Assembly (NCBI RefSeq): GCF_963921235.1
Contig: NC_086103.1
Span: 56,172,001-56,236,000 of the forward strand
Source: Mobula hypostoma
Lineage: Eukaryota
Direction: 5' to 3'
Length of the DNA stretch: 64,000 nt
Under the pieces are notes generated by a model. The model saw nothing but the letters and a program-made list of their open reading frames with translations. It had not been told where the DNA came from and made no database searches. The translations under genes were made by a program, and so were the position numbers. How positions within the stretch are numbered: position 1 is the first letter of the stretch; every line of letters begins with the position of its first letter. Below are positions 36,671 through 49,011 of the stretch, one piece after another.

Positions 36671-38404
36671 GAGATGGATTTGTAAATGGTACTTTGATGA
36701 ACCAACTAGGGAGCAGGTTCATTTATAAATATTGAGATTAGTGATACCAGGTGCTGCATTCCAAAAGTGCTTCATTAGCGATATTGCGATTTAGCTATTT
36801 TAATTGAAGAATTTCAAATGGGGAATAAAGAAAAAGTAGCGGAATCAAATAAACGCAGATTAGAAGGTAGCAAATGTGACCATATCATTTAAAAAAATCA
36901 GGGAACTTTGAATCTCTTATCAAGACATCCATAGTTGGGAAGGTGCTGAAACCTGTAATAAAAATATCTTTAAGCCACAACTGACTGATTAGCCACAACA
37001 TGCTAATCTCTAATTGGGCTACAAGATTGCTGGCTATGGCGGAATTAAAATATAGAAAAAACATCAAAACCAAGTGGGTCATGGACAATGGAAGCAGACA
37101 AACCAGTTGGCTTTGTACTTGCCATGAGTTTGAAGGAATGGAGGCTGCCATTTTATGAAGCAGCTCTGCTCTGCACCTTCCATTTTAAGAGATAAAGTTG
37201 CTTGGGTTGATTAATCTGTTGAAGTAGACGCAACGATGCTCCAGGTAATCTGCTGGACTAGAGATAATTTCCAAATAAGAAGTTATTTGTGAGGTTCTTT
37301 GGTTAGATACAACATGCAGGCTTGTGACTGTCGGGGTCTGTGTCTGCCCTGATTGATTCAAACTGATTATTGGTTTTGTAACTGATTTTAAACAAAGAGC
37401 CACAAATAATGTGTTGTCAGTTGTCACTTGCAGAAGAAGGCAATAAATGGATGCTGGCTTAGAGGATAGCCAATAAAAAGATAAATAGTTATTAAAGGTC
37501 ATTTAAATGACACACCGCCAATAACACTAAAGGTAACATCTGAACTGGTAAGGAATGAGTATAAAAGCAAAGGTTTTTAGATACAAGATAGCAATAACTC
37601 TCTCAAGAGACCCATCATTGAGAAAAACCTCCATGCCAGGGGTTAGGAGAAGAAAGGATCAATCATCTGGCCAAGGAGATCCCCTATTTTGGTGTTATAA
37701 ATTGGAAAAATGGCCTGAGTGAGCATTGGTACAAAGGGATCAGTAGAATCCATGTTTCAAGTTGTTCAGATGGGTTCAATATAGTTTCATTGTTGTTTGT
37801 GCAGAGGCAATGAAGTGTGAGCTTTGATTAATTACAAGTTGCGTAGTGAATTTCCTAACCAAGTTCCATTGATGGTCAACAAGATGTTTATCTTATTCTG
37901 TATACTGCATGCATTTGAATATAACACCTTCAGTCTTGTATTTATTACTCACTTTGATTTTCTTCCCATGTTACACTTCAGCTCATCCCACTGATTGCCC
38001 TATTATCTGTCTCTGCTTCCTCATTGTCTCACTATATATAGCGTACCTGATTGTATACCAGCTGCCCCATTCTCAGCCCTAACCCTCTGGTCCCATCCCC
38101 CTACCAAATTAGTTTGAACCTTCCCCAAATCCAAATAAATTGCAACCACCGGTTCCCTCTCAAATACTTTAGAGATGAATCAAACACGATTTATCATAAA
38201 TACATGCCTACTTAACACAATCCCATAATGGGATATAAGCTCAAGATTTCTGGGTTACTATTCTAGTAACAGTCTGCAACTACTGAACATCATGCAATTT
38301 TAAACGCAAACAACAGGAATTCTGCAGATGCTGGAAATTCAAGCAACACACATCAAAGTTGCTGGTGAACGCAGCAGGCCAGGCAGCATCTGTAGGAAGA
38401 GGTG

Positions 38405-38442
38405 CAGTCGACGTTTCAGGCCAAGACCCTTCGTCAGGACTA
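38405..38442 (-). ncRNA. Minimal type-I hammerhead ribozyme
   Basis: TAGTC-CTGACGA-A-GGGT-CTTG-GCCT-GAAAC-GTC-GACTG on the minus strand; all core nucleotides present. Confidence 0.7.
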
Positions 38443-38849
38443 ACTGAAGGAAGAGTGAGTAAGGGATTTGAAAGTTGGAGGGGGAGGGGGAGATCCAAAA
38501 TGATAGGAGAAGACAGGAGGGGGAGGGATAGAGCCAAGAGCTGGACAGGTGATAGGCAAAAGGGGATACGAGAGGATCATGGGATTGGAGGTCCGGGAAG
38601 AAAGACAAGGAGGTGGGGGGGGACCCAGAGGATGGGCAAGAGGTATATTCAGAGGGACAGAGGGAGAAAAAGGAGAGTGAGAGAAAGAATGTGTGCATAA
38701 AAATAAGTAACAGATGGGGTACAAGGGGGAGGTGGGGCCCAGCGGAAGCTAGAGAAGTCGATGTTCACGCCATCAGGTTGGAGGCTACCCAGACGGAATA
38801 TAAGGTGTTGTTCCTCCAACCTGAGTGTGGCTTCATCTCCACAGTAGAG

Positions 38850-39428
38850 TATCCCACCACTAAGCACATCTTTCCCTCCCCCCCTCTCACTGCATTCCGC
38901 AGGGATCGCTCCCTACACAACTCCCTTGTCCATTCGTCCCCCCCATCCCTCCCTACTGATCTCCCCCCTGGCACTTATCCGTGTAAGCGGAACAAGTGCT
39001 ACACATGCCCTTACACTTCCTCCCTTACTACCATTCAGGGCCCCAAACAGTCCTTCCAGGTGAGGCAACACTTCACCTGTGAGTCGACTGGGGTGATATA
39101 CTGCGTCCGGTGCTCCCGATGTGGCCTTTTATATATTGGCGAGACCCGATGCAGACTGGGGGACCGCTTTGCTGGGCATCTGCGCTCTGTCCGCCAGAGA
39201 GGGCAGGATCTCCCAGTGGCCACGCATTTTGATTCCGCGTCCTGTTCCCATTCTGACATGTCTATCCACGGCCTCCTCTACTGTGGAGATGAAGCCACAC
39301 TCAGGTTGGAGGAACAACACCTTATATTCCGTCTGGGTAGCCTCCAACCTGATGGCGTGAACATCGACTTCTCTAGCTTCCGCTGGGCCCCACCTCCCCC
39401 TTGTACCCCATCTGTTACTTATTTTTAA
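38850..39428 (+). CDS. Penelope GIY-YIG endonuclease domain (open, but N-terminally truncated)
   Basis: Uninterrupted reading frame, part of ORF 38613-39428, with VIY/YIG motifs and CCHH zinc ligands. Confidence 0.75.
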   Translation, partial: YPTTKHIFPSPPLTAFRRDRSLHNSLVHSSPPSLPTDLPPGTYPCKRNKCYTCPYTSSLTTIQGPKQSFQVRQHFTCESTGVIYCVRCSRCGLLYIGETRCRLGDRFAGHLRSVRQRGQDLPVATHFDSASCSHSDMSIHGLLYCGDEATLRLEEQHLIFRLGSLQPDGVNIDFSSFRWAPPPPCTPSVTYF

Positions 39429-39650
39429 GCACACATTCTTTCTCTCACTCTTTTTCTCCCTCTGTCCCTCTGACTATACCTCTTGCCCATCCTCTGAGTC
39501 CCCTCCCTCCTTGTCTTTCTTCCCGTATCCCCTTTTGCCTATCACCTGTCCAGCTCTTGGCTCTATCCCTCCCCCTCCTGTCTTCTCCTATCATTTTGGT
39601 TTCCCCCTCCCCCTCCAACTTTCAAATCCCTTACTCACTCTTCCTTCAGT

Positions 39651-39688
39651 TAGTCCTGACGAAGGGTCTCGGCCTGAAACGTCGACTG
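39651..39688 (+). ncRNA. Minimal type-I hammerhead ribozyme
   Basis: TAGTC-CTGACGA-A-GGGT-CTCG-GCCT-GAAAC-GTC-GACTG in the Penelope 3' pseudo-LTR. Confidence 0.72.
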
Positions 39689-41380
39689 CACCTCTTCCTA
39701 CAGATGCTGCCTGGCCTGCTGCGTTCACCAGCAACTTTGATGTGTGTATCATGCAACTTTAGATGTATTTACCCTAAAGGCAGCGCAAAATAGTCCTCCA
39801 GATTGATTTTAGGGCAAGATGATTGGGCATCTTGAAGATGGTAAATATCTGAAATAACTAGATGAAAATATTGGAAATGTGAATGTTTTAGGTTGATGAC
39901 CTTCTCGTCAAAACTCTTCTTGGCAAGAGGAGTATTTGTGTTGTGTTTTATTTAGCCATTGGCTTATTTTCAGTAAAATTGTAAAATTCTGAGTGGGTGT
40001 AGATATTGAGAGGTTGGTAACTCTGGCTGGAGACTAAAATTAGGGAACATGGTTTTTGGATGAGGGGCCAGAGACATATTACTGAGCTGAAGAAAAATAC
40101 TTCTACTTACTGTAGATGATTTTGTATTTTCAGAGTTCTCTAATTCAAAGGGTTGTGGCCATTGAGTAGATTTTAGAATGAGAGCAATAGTCTTGGACAC
40201 TAAGGAGATGAATCAATTTGGGGATTAGGCAGGAAAGTGGACTTGAATTGGAGAACAAGCAATAATCTTAAGGACTAATGGAGCAAACATAAGGGGCTAT
40301 TATGCTTCTTCCATTAGTCAGTTATATTATTGTTGGTATTCTTGCTGCATTTCATAAAATATTAAGTTCATCAGTAATACTATGGTAAAAGATTGATCAA
40401 GGAAGAGTGATTGTGACAGAATCACAACGTAAATAAAGATGTGGATAATATAGAAGGCTACCAAAGAATATAGCGGGGTAGAGATCAGTTCAGAAACAGA
40501 ATCAGAATCAGGTTTAATATCACTGGCATACGTTGTGAAATTCATTGTTTTGCAGCAGTAGTACATTCAATACATAATAATGATAAAACTATAAATTACA
40601 ATAAGAAGTAAATATAAAAATTAAATTAAATAAGTAGTGCAAAAAGAGCAAAAAAATTAGTAAGGTAGTGTTCATTATCCATTCAGAAACCTGATGGCAC
40701 AGGGGAAGAAATTGTTCCTGAAATGTTGAGCATATGTCTTCAGGCTCCTGTACCTCCTTCTTGGTGGTAGCAGTGAGATGTGGATCTTAAAGTGCGGGTC
40801 CTTAAAGTTGAAAGTAAAATTTATTATCAGAGTGCATACATGTCACCACAGACAACCCTGAGATGGAAGCTGCTTTTTGAAGGTGTCCTTGATGCTGGGG
40901 AGGCTAGTGCCTATTATGAAGCTGGCTGAGTTTATAACTTACTGCAGCTTTTTCTGATCCTGTGCAGTGGCCCCACTGTACTAGAACCTGATGCAACCAG
41001 TTAGAATGCTCTCCATGACTGTAAGACCATAAAACTATCAGACATAGAAGCAGAATTAGGCCACTTGATCGAGTCTGCTCCACCATTCCATCATGGCTGA
41101 TTTATTATCCCTATCAAACCCATTTTCCTGCCTTCACCCCATAACCTCTGATGCCCTGACTAACCAAGAACCTCCACTTTAAATATACTCAATGACTTGG
41201 ACTCCACAGCCATTCGGGACAACGTATTTCACAGATTCCCCACCCTCTGGTGAAAGAAATTCCTTCTCATCTCTGTTGTAAATGGACATCCCTCTACTGA
41301 GGCTGTGCTCTCTGGTCCTAGATTCACCACTTATAGAAAACAGTCTATCCACATCCACTCTGTCTCAGCCTTTCAATATT

Positions 41381-41888
41381 GGAAGTTTGATTGATCACTG
41401 AGCTTGGCAAAATGTTTGCAGAAGTTTCAGCTCTAATTGAGAAGCCATCAACAGTGCATTGTTGAGGGCACTGTTTCTTCAGAATGCTGGCTTCTGTACT
41501 CCTCCGGGATCCGAATGAATATTGATGAGATATCGTGATTTAGTCGTGATGTCAACAATCAATGAATTGCCAGTAATCTCAGGATCTGGAGAGCGAAGCA
41601 AATACTTCCAACAGACCTACATCGAATCTAGCCAGTCAGAATCTGCTACTGCTAAACTGTTCACAGTGTTTTAAACCAGCCAATCAGATCATGACATCTT
41701 ATCACTATCCATTTGGACCCCAGAGGAGTATATGAGCCAGCATTCTGAGGAAACAACACCCTCAACTGCACACTGATGACGTTTTCTTGATTGGAGCCAA
41801 ATTGTCTGTAAACATTTTGCCAAGCTTGGTGATCAACAAAACCTCCAAACAACCAACCTGACCTATCAATATTCCGCAATATTTCAAA
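41381..41888. mobile_element. Old fold-back insertion, probably Penelope-like
   Basis: About 170-bp diverged inverted arms (41385-41560 vs 41680-41850), flanking direct repeat CCTTTCAATATT, and a decayed CTGATGA..GTC motif near 41773-41808. Confidence 0.5.
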
Positions 41889-43682
41889 CCTTTCAATATT
41901 AGATAGGATTCAATGAGATCCCCTCACATTCTTCTAAACTCAGTGAGAACAGGCCCAAAGACATCAAAAGCTCCTCATACATTTACGCTTTCATTCCTGG
42001 AATCATTCTTGTGAACTTCTCCTGACCCTCTATAATGCCAGCACATCTTTTCTTGGATGAAGCGCCCAAAACTGCTCACAATACTCCACAGTTTGACCAA
42101 TGCCTTATAAAGCCTCAGCAGCACATCCTTGCTCCTATACTCTAGTCCTCTTGAAATGAACGAACACATTGCATTTGCCTTCCTTACCACTGACTCAATC
42201 TGCAAGTTAACCTTCAGGGAATCCTACACAAGGACTCCCTCAACCCTTTGCATCTCTGATCTTTTAGATGTCTCCTTATTTAAAAAATAGTCTATACCTT
42301 TATTCCTTCTACCAAAGTAGATGACTACATACTTCCCTACTCTGTATTCCACCTGCCACTTCTTTGCCCATTATCTAAAACTGTCCTTCTGCAGATTGTC
42401 TGCTTCCTCAATACTTCCTGCCCTTCCACCCATGTTTGTATCATCTGCAAACTTGGCCACAATGCCTTCAATTCTGTCATCTAAATCATTGACAAATATT
42501 GACTCCACTCAATTTGTCAATACTGACCCCACTGATGGAACACTACTTGTCATCAGCAGCCAACCAGAATAGGCCCTCTTTGTTCTGACTTGTTGCCTGC
42601 TGCTAACCAGCCAATCTTATAACCATATAACAATTACAGCACGGAAACAGGCCATCTCAGCCCTTCTAGTCAGTTATCTGTCCTGTAATACCACGGCCTC
42701 TTATCTTGTTAAGCAGCTTCATGTGTAGCACCTCATCAAAGGCCTTCTGAATATCCAAATAAACAATATCCACAAACAAGAGAAAATCTGTAGATGCTGG
42801 AAATCAAAGCAACACACTCAGCAGGCCAGGCAGCATCTATGGAAAAGAGTAAACAGTCGACATATTGGACCAAGACCCTTCATCAATACAATAACTACTG
42901 ACTCTTCTTTGTTTATACTGCCTGTTAATTGCTCAAAGAATTCCAACAGACCTGTCATGCAAGATTTCCCATCAAGGAAAACATGCTAACTTTGGTCTAT
43001 TTTAACATGTGCCTCCAAGTACCCCAAAAACTCATCCTTAATAAAGGACTCCAACATCATCCCAGCCACTGAAGTTGGGGTAACTGGCCTATTTCTTTTC
43101 TTTGGCCTCCCATCCTTCCTAAAAAGTGGAATGACATTTGTAATTTTCCAGTCTTCCTGAACCATTCCAGAATATAGTGCTTCTTGTGTTAATGCCTTCA
43201 AAATCTCTTTACCTACCTCTTTCAAAACCCTGGGGTATAGTCCATCTGGTCCAGGTGACTTATCTACCTTTAGACCTTTCAGCTTCCCACGCTGTCACAG
43301 AGGCGGGGGCATAGGGAGCAAGGGTGGACCCAAATGCAAGACACATCTTGTGAGGTTACTTAGATTTAGTTTATTGTTCGATACCAGGAGAGCAAGGCAG
43401 GAGCAGGAGTAGCGAACTGGACAAGGACTCAGGACTACGACTAGGCTGGGACCAAGGGTCTGGGCTAGGACTCGGAATCGGCTCCCAGTACTAGAGGAGA
43501 CATGAAGAGGCTACGGTATAGACTCCGAGCCCGAGACTGGGCAAGGACTCAGTACCTGGGTCTTGCCTCGGGCTCGGACCCCAGAACCAGGCATGGACAT
43601 GACATGGGCTAGGGAGAGGAGGAACATGGGAACACAGAGCCTCAGTCTCGGGAGAGCAGGTACATGGAACTATGGACACATA

Positions 43683-44350
43683 CACAGAACACAGAGTCGG
43701 GACCCCTCCTTGGGTACAGGACATAGGGCCGGGACTCACACACAGAACAGAGAGCCGGGACCCCTCCTTGGGTACAGGACATAGGGCCGGGACTCACACA
43801 CAGAACAGAGAGCCGGGACCCCTCTTTGGGTACAGGACACAGGGCCGGGACTCATGACCCTCCATGGGGCAACGGCAAGATGGCCTAACATACCCCACGT
43901 AGGCGAGGACAAGACAAGACAGAACATGACCCCCCGCGGGGCAACGGCAAGACGGCCTGACTTACCCCCACGGAGGCGAGGACCAGACAAGACAAAACAT
44001 GACCCCCCCCCCCACGGAGCAACGGCAAGACGGCCTGACTTATCCCACGGAGGCGAGGACCAGACAAGACAAGACCAACACGAATAAACAGCAGACAGTA
44101 CCTATCTAGCTCCGGCGATGGAACTAGACCGAAGTGCAGGCGGGGGCTGCAGACGAGGGCTAGAGGCAAGAGGGACAGAGAAGGGATTCAGACAAGGGGG
44201 CAGGACAGGAATCACAGACCGCCAGAGCCAGGACTTGACTCAGAACTGGGAAGCCGCCAGGGCCAGGATTTGACTTGGTGCTAGAATGCCGCCAGGGCCA
44301 GGACTTGACTTGGTGCTAAAATGCCGCCCGAGCCGGGACTTGACTTGGAG
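43683..44350. repeat. Three minisatellite arrays inside the LTR (3x58 bp, about 3x73 bp, about 4x33 bp)
   Basis: 58-bp units start at 43683, 43741 and 43799; the other arrays are at 43854-44080 and 44218-44350. Confidence 0.85.
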
Positions 44351-44802
44351 CCTCCAGGTAGTGGCGAGCTCTCAACTCGGCCCGGGAACAGTAGACAGTG
44401 GTTCTTGATTCCCTCCGGCGGGTTAACTGACGGACCCACCTCGGTGAGGAAACTTTGCAGGCTCGCTTTGGCGAGGTAACTGGACAGGATTGCTCCGGTG
44501 AGGAGAGGCGAATTACCGGCACTCGCTTCGGCAGAGACTAGGCTTGCTCCGGCCAGATGACATCAGCACACCGTACCTTAGATGACTTTGCAGACGCTTC
44601 CGCGCCGAACGGCTGAAAGCTGGAGACTATAAACTACCAGTTCAGCCGAGCGTTAATTGCCTCTAATCACCAAAGTCGAGGGACACGGGAAAACAGGGAA
44701 TCAATGGTCCGGATCGTAACATAAACAAGGTAAATTTAAAGGGACACACATCAAAGTTGCTGGTGAATGCAGCAGGCCAGGCAGCATCTTTAGGAAGAGG
44801 TA

Positions 44803-44838
44803 CAGTCGACGTTTCAGGCCAAGACCCTTCGTCAGGAC
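44803..44838 (-). ncRNA. Hammerhead core in a short Penelope fragment (stem I cut to 3 bp)
   Basis: GTC-CTGACGA-AGGGTCTTGGCCT-GAAAC-GTC-GAC; the fragment spans about 44744-44838. Confidence 0.5.
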
Positions 44839-45004
44839 CCCGATCTGGACCATGACACATGCACCTTCTCCTCAGTAATAGCAACTGCACCCACTTCAAT
44901 GTCCTGACACTCTCAAATTTCTGACATATTGCTAGTGTCTACCACAGTGAAGACTGACACAAAATACTTATTAAGTTTGCCTTTGTTCCCATTACTACAT
45001 CTGC

Positions 45005-45720
45005 AGAAAATTTGAGTCTTTGGTGACATACCAAGTCTACTCAAACGCATTATGAAATATAGCTGCTGTCATGCCTTCTTTGTTGGGCATCAATATGTTG
45101 GGCCTTGGATAGATTTTCAAAGATGTTGACACCAAGGAACTTGAAACTGCTCACTTTCCACTGCAGATCCCTCAATGAGGACTGGTGTGTGTGCTCCCGC
45201 AACTCCCCCACAATCCATTCCTTGGTCTTACTGACAATGAGTGCAAGGCAGTCGTTTGTGTCACCACTCAACCAGTTGACCTATGTTGCTTCTGTATGCT
45301 TCCTCATCACCATCTGAAATTCTGCCAACTATCGATGTATCATGGGCAAATTTATAGATGGTGTTTGAGCTGTGCCTAGCCACACAGTCATGAGTGTAGA
45401 CAGTGTAAAGCAGTGGGCTATGCACACCTTTGAGGTGCGCCTGTGTTGACTGTCAGCGAGGAGATGTTATTTCCAAACTACACTGATGTTGGTCTCCTGT
45501 GGAGGAAGTGAAGGATCTAGTTGCAGAGGGACTTACAGAGGCCCAGGTTTTGGAGCTTGTTGATTACATCTGAGGATATGATTATGTTGAACACGTGGCT
45601 GTAATCAATAAACAGCAGCCTGACATAGGAATTACTATTGACCAGGTGATCCAAGGTTGAGTGAGAATGCATCCGCTGTAGACCTATCATCATGATAGGC
45701 AAATTGCGGCAGGTCCACGT
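45005..45720 (-). mobile_element. Rex1/Babar LINE fragment
   Basis: YVRLLFIDYS..FN.I and SKTKE.IV motifs. Confidence 0.7.
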
Positions 45721-46311
45721 CTCACCTCACATTTATCTGTATGAAATCCGATGCCACTCCTTGGTTCACTTTCCCAACTGACCAAGATCCCTCTGTAATC
45801 TATAATATTCTATACTGTCAATAACACCTCATTATTTCTTTTCATCTGCAAACTTGATCAAGCCTTTTGCATTCTTAACCAAATCATTTACATAAATAAT
45901 AAATAACAAGGCTTCTGACACCAACCTCCACATCACACCACTGGTCTCTGCTTCCTACCTCTGAGCCAATGTTGAATCTACCTAACTAGTTCTATCTGGA
46001 TTTCATGGGACCTAACCTACCAGACCAAATTGCCATGTAGGCCCTATTTAAAGGCTTTGCTAAAGTTGTCCCTACCAACGAGCACATCTACATGGAGTGC
46101 TTATGCATCAAGGACCCCCACAATCTAGGCCAAGCTCTCTTCTCACTGTTGCTATCAGAAAGAAGCTACCAGAGCCTCAGGAACGGTTATTACCCCTCAA
46201 CCACCAGGCTCTTGAATCAGTGGGGATAACTTCACTCAACTTTGCTCACCCCAACACAATCTATGGACTCACTTTCAAGGTCTCTTCACCTCATGTTCTC
46301 AATATTTATTG

Positions 46312-46317
<6 letters not shown>

Positions 46318-46368
<51 letters not shown>
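46318..46368. repeat. (TG)n microsatellite
   Basis: About 25 dinucleotide repeats. Confidence 0.95.
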
Positions 46369-46370
<2 letters not shown>

Positions 46371-46849
46371 ACAAACAGTAGATTGTGTTGGGGTGAGCCA
46401 AGTTTGTCCATCCTGTTACGTGCAGTCTTTCATTGATTCTCTTGTGCTTTTTTGTATTGTGAATCCCCACAAGAAAACGAATCTCAGGGTTGATATAGTG
46501 ACAGATATGTACTTTGATAATAAATTTTCTTGGAACTTTTAACTTTGAATATGTATGACCCACAGTCCTACACCTATTCACCCTCCATGGATAACTAGTT
46601 ATTTGAAATAATTCATGCAAAGTGGATGAAAACATAGACGATGGGTGCCAAAATGCAAACTCTTTCTCTGACTTTTCCAACGTAGAGCTTTAAATGCTGC
46701 TGCCTATGTTGACGACTGTTAAGTGGGTTCCGACGGTCACTTATTTCGTCACTGTAAATTAAGTACTTGGAGTAGATTAATAGAAAAAAACGAATCAAAG
46801 GCCAGCTGGTGGGTTTGTGCCAGGGACGCAGGTGACTTGAAGGTGGGAA

Positions 46850-47700
46850 TGCACTGAAACCAAATACGGTATGTCCAGACCGCGCCTCCCGTCTGGGGCT
46901 GATAACGCACGATGTAGTAAACAGGGTTAGTGCGCATGCGGAACTATTCTTCTCTAGCCCTCCCCCCCACCCACTTTAGGTTACGTTACTGGTTGGAGAA
47001 TTTGGCGAAAGTCTCAGGCCCTTTCTTTTCCATACCTACCCTTACATTTTTAATCAACATTGTGTTCAAGTCTTGAAAGAAAAGCCATCCAATCTGAACC
47101 GTGCCCCCATCCGATTTGACGTCACTGGAGCCAAACGCGTAAGCGCCAAGTCCGCTGTTGCCATGGTAGCCGGGGGTGCGAGCCTAAGGCCCCTGTTGAT
47201 TGGATCATCGGGGAGCGGCGTGTGCAGGACGTCAGGGCTGGAGAGGGCAGCCGTTAGTTCCCGAGCTGCCGATTGTGTCAGCGGTCACGGACGGACGGAC
47301 GGGGCTGCCGTCACGTACTGCAGCACCGCTACTGGCTTCGCATTACGTCCCGGTGACAACGTGCGGCGCTTCACCCAGTGTGATGGCGGAATCCCGTGGG
47401 CTCTGAAGCCCGGTTTGTTTGTCGCATCTGGCGGCGATGCCTCAGTGCAGTCGGCTCCTTTTCGGGGCCGTCCCGCAACTCGCTGCCCGGCTCCCTTAGG
47501 ATAGCTCTTCGGCTGCTCAGCCAGACCTTAGCGTGCGGAAGCCCATCTCCGTTATTCCTGGCCTGCTGTCCGCTCGCTGCGTTCCCCGGTAAGTGCAGAG
47601 CCGAGGGGTTCAGTGCAGTCATCCGCCCGCCCTGTTCCTGACGGCTCGCATTTACCGGCTCTGCTCTGAGAACGGGGATTGGTGCTAAACGTACTGTTTG
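46850..47700. promoter_or_regulatory. CpG-island promoter and non-coding first exon of KIAA1191
   Basis: High CpG density. NRF1-like TGCGCATGCG at 46931-46940, CRE TGACGTCA at 47117-47124, RFX X-box-like GTTGCCATGGTAGC at 47157-47170, inverted CCAAT near 47199. Donor CCG|GTAAGT at 47588/47589. Confidence 0.75.
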
Positions 47701-47808
47701 TTTCCACTGTAAGAAAGAATCCTTCCCTTTTCTCTGTCTCAGCAGGTGGAGCAATCTGAAGTCTTTCGTGCAGTTACTTTGGGCGATTCTAACTTTAACA
47801 CAGCTATC

Positions 47809-47836
47809 ATGGCTTCAGATGACCACAGCGTGCCTG
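47809..47836 (+). CDS. KIAA1191: KIAA1191 (p33MONOX) first coding exon
   Basis: ATG at 47809 reads MASDDHSVP, 28 nt, donor G|GTAATT. Upstream acceptor CAGCAG at 47740-47745. Confidence 0.8.
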
Positions 47837-48071
47837 GTAATTTAGAATCACTTCTGTTCTCACTTTCGTGCTTCTAAAGACAAACTCCTGGTTTTGCTTG
47901 CAGTGCCATTGTGGATTATTTGCGTTTTGAAGCTTGTTTTCTTTTGCTTTTCTAAAGCAACTTTGTGTAGTAAAACAGCCTTATTAGTCAATCATGCGTG
48001 TGTTCTAGAAAACGTCGCCGTTGCAACTGGCAGATAAATAGAATTAAATATAGCTTCTATGTACGTTGCAG

Positions 48072-48259
48072 CAATCGAACATTCGTCCGGCATACTAGAA
48101 AAGATGTCCTTGCCGATTGGGATACACCGCAGGGCATTCAGTTATGATGATGCCTTAGAAGATTTGTCGCCAATGACTCCTCCACCTTCTGATATGGGAA
48201 GCAATATTTTGTGGAAACAGCCAGTTATACCTGCGAGGAAATACCAACAATTATCGATG
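48072..48259 (+). CDS. KIAA1191: KIAA1191 coding exon 2
   Basis: Reads KMSLPIGIHRRAFSYDDALEDLSPMTPPPSDMGS..WKQPVIPARKYQQL; 188 nt, AG/GT boundaries. Confidence 0.95.
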
Positions 48260-49011
48260 GTATATTTACTTATGCTTTGTTCATATCTACAATTTATATG
48301 TGATTCTACAAATTAGTAACTTTGCAATTAATTATTTGCAAGTATGAATAGTTGGGGAATTATGAACATTATCCATTTACAAATGTCTTCATTTAAAAAA
48401 AAGTGTTTTTGTTTAATACCAGGAATGAATTAGTTTATCTGTGTCTTGAAGTGTCTCAGCATGAAAGGTTGACTCTTCATTCCTTTCCATTGATGTTGCT
48501 TGACTTACTGAGTTCCTCCGGCATTTTGTGTGTGTTACTATGAATGTATTTATGATTTAGATTTAGATTCAACTTTATCGTCATTGTGCCGAGTACAGAT
48601 ACAAAGCCAATGATTTAGCATCTGACCAGAAATGCAAAGAATAGTGTTATTTACAAAATAACTGCGAATTTAAAAAAGTGCTACAGCACACAAATATAAC
48701 AGTACTGAGACAGTAGAAGACGGATGCAATACTGCTTAGCGCTGTGATGAGAGGTTCAGCAGTGTCTGTTTCTGCTGACGTTTTCTCGGTGTCAGATGAT
48801 GCTAGCATGTTCCAGTGACTTAGCGTCAGGATGGGATTTCAGTCTGGATTGGTAGTACATAGCACAGCCTATTTAAAACCAACGTTATAACATTTTAATA
48901 ATACGTTGCAATGGGTAACTGTTATTAATGAAACTGAATTGACTTCTCTAAGACATTGTCCATTTGTATGGTGCTTTCATTGCACTTGCAGTAATACATG
49001 ATGTGGCTGAA

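Larger units (their letters stand above)
38303..39747 (+). mobile_element. 5'-truncated Penelope-like element with an inverted pseudo-LTR
   Basis: GIY-YIG endonuclease ORF end (C..C..C, FTCESTGVIYCVRC..CGLLYIGET..RF.GH..PVATHF..LGSLQPDGVN). Left arm 38303-38849 is inverted relative to 39276-39747. 14-bp TSD ATCATGCAA(T/C)TTTA at 38289-38302 and 39748-39761. Confidence 0.92.
43293..44857 (-). mobile_element. Solo LTR with internal tandem arrays
   Basis: TGTCA...TGACA termini. 5-bp TSD CACGC/CATGC (43288-43292, 44858-44862). Splits a CR1; no internal coding domains; minus-strand AATAAA near the left end. Confidence 0.75.
41025..45000 (-). mobile_element. CR1 LINE fragment hosting several nested insertions
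   Basis: CR1 ORF2 motifs (GMV.EDWKI.NVIPLF, ESVVRKANAM..FISRGLEY). Interrupted at about 41380-41890, 42775-42890 and 43293-44857. Confidence 0.75.

Noticed and set aside
38613-38849. N-terminal part of the 271-aa ORF as a novel fusion protein
   Set aside because: It is the antisense reading of the inverted pseudo-LTR arm, joined in frame by chance.
43683-44350. CRISPR-like repeat arrays
   Set aside because: Head-to-tail tandem units with no unique spacers, inside a eukaryotic LTR; no cas genes.
46749-46937. Minus-strand ORF as ARL10 exon 1
   Set aside because: The position fits, but there is no convincing hydrophobic N-terminus or acidic tract and no clear donor.
47073-47754. Several 68-143 aa ORFs in the CpG island
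   Set aside because: GC-rich, stop-poor promoter and 5'UTR sequence; KIAA1191 coding starts at 47809.
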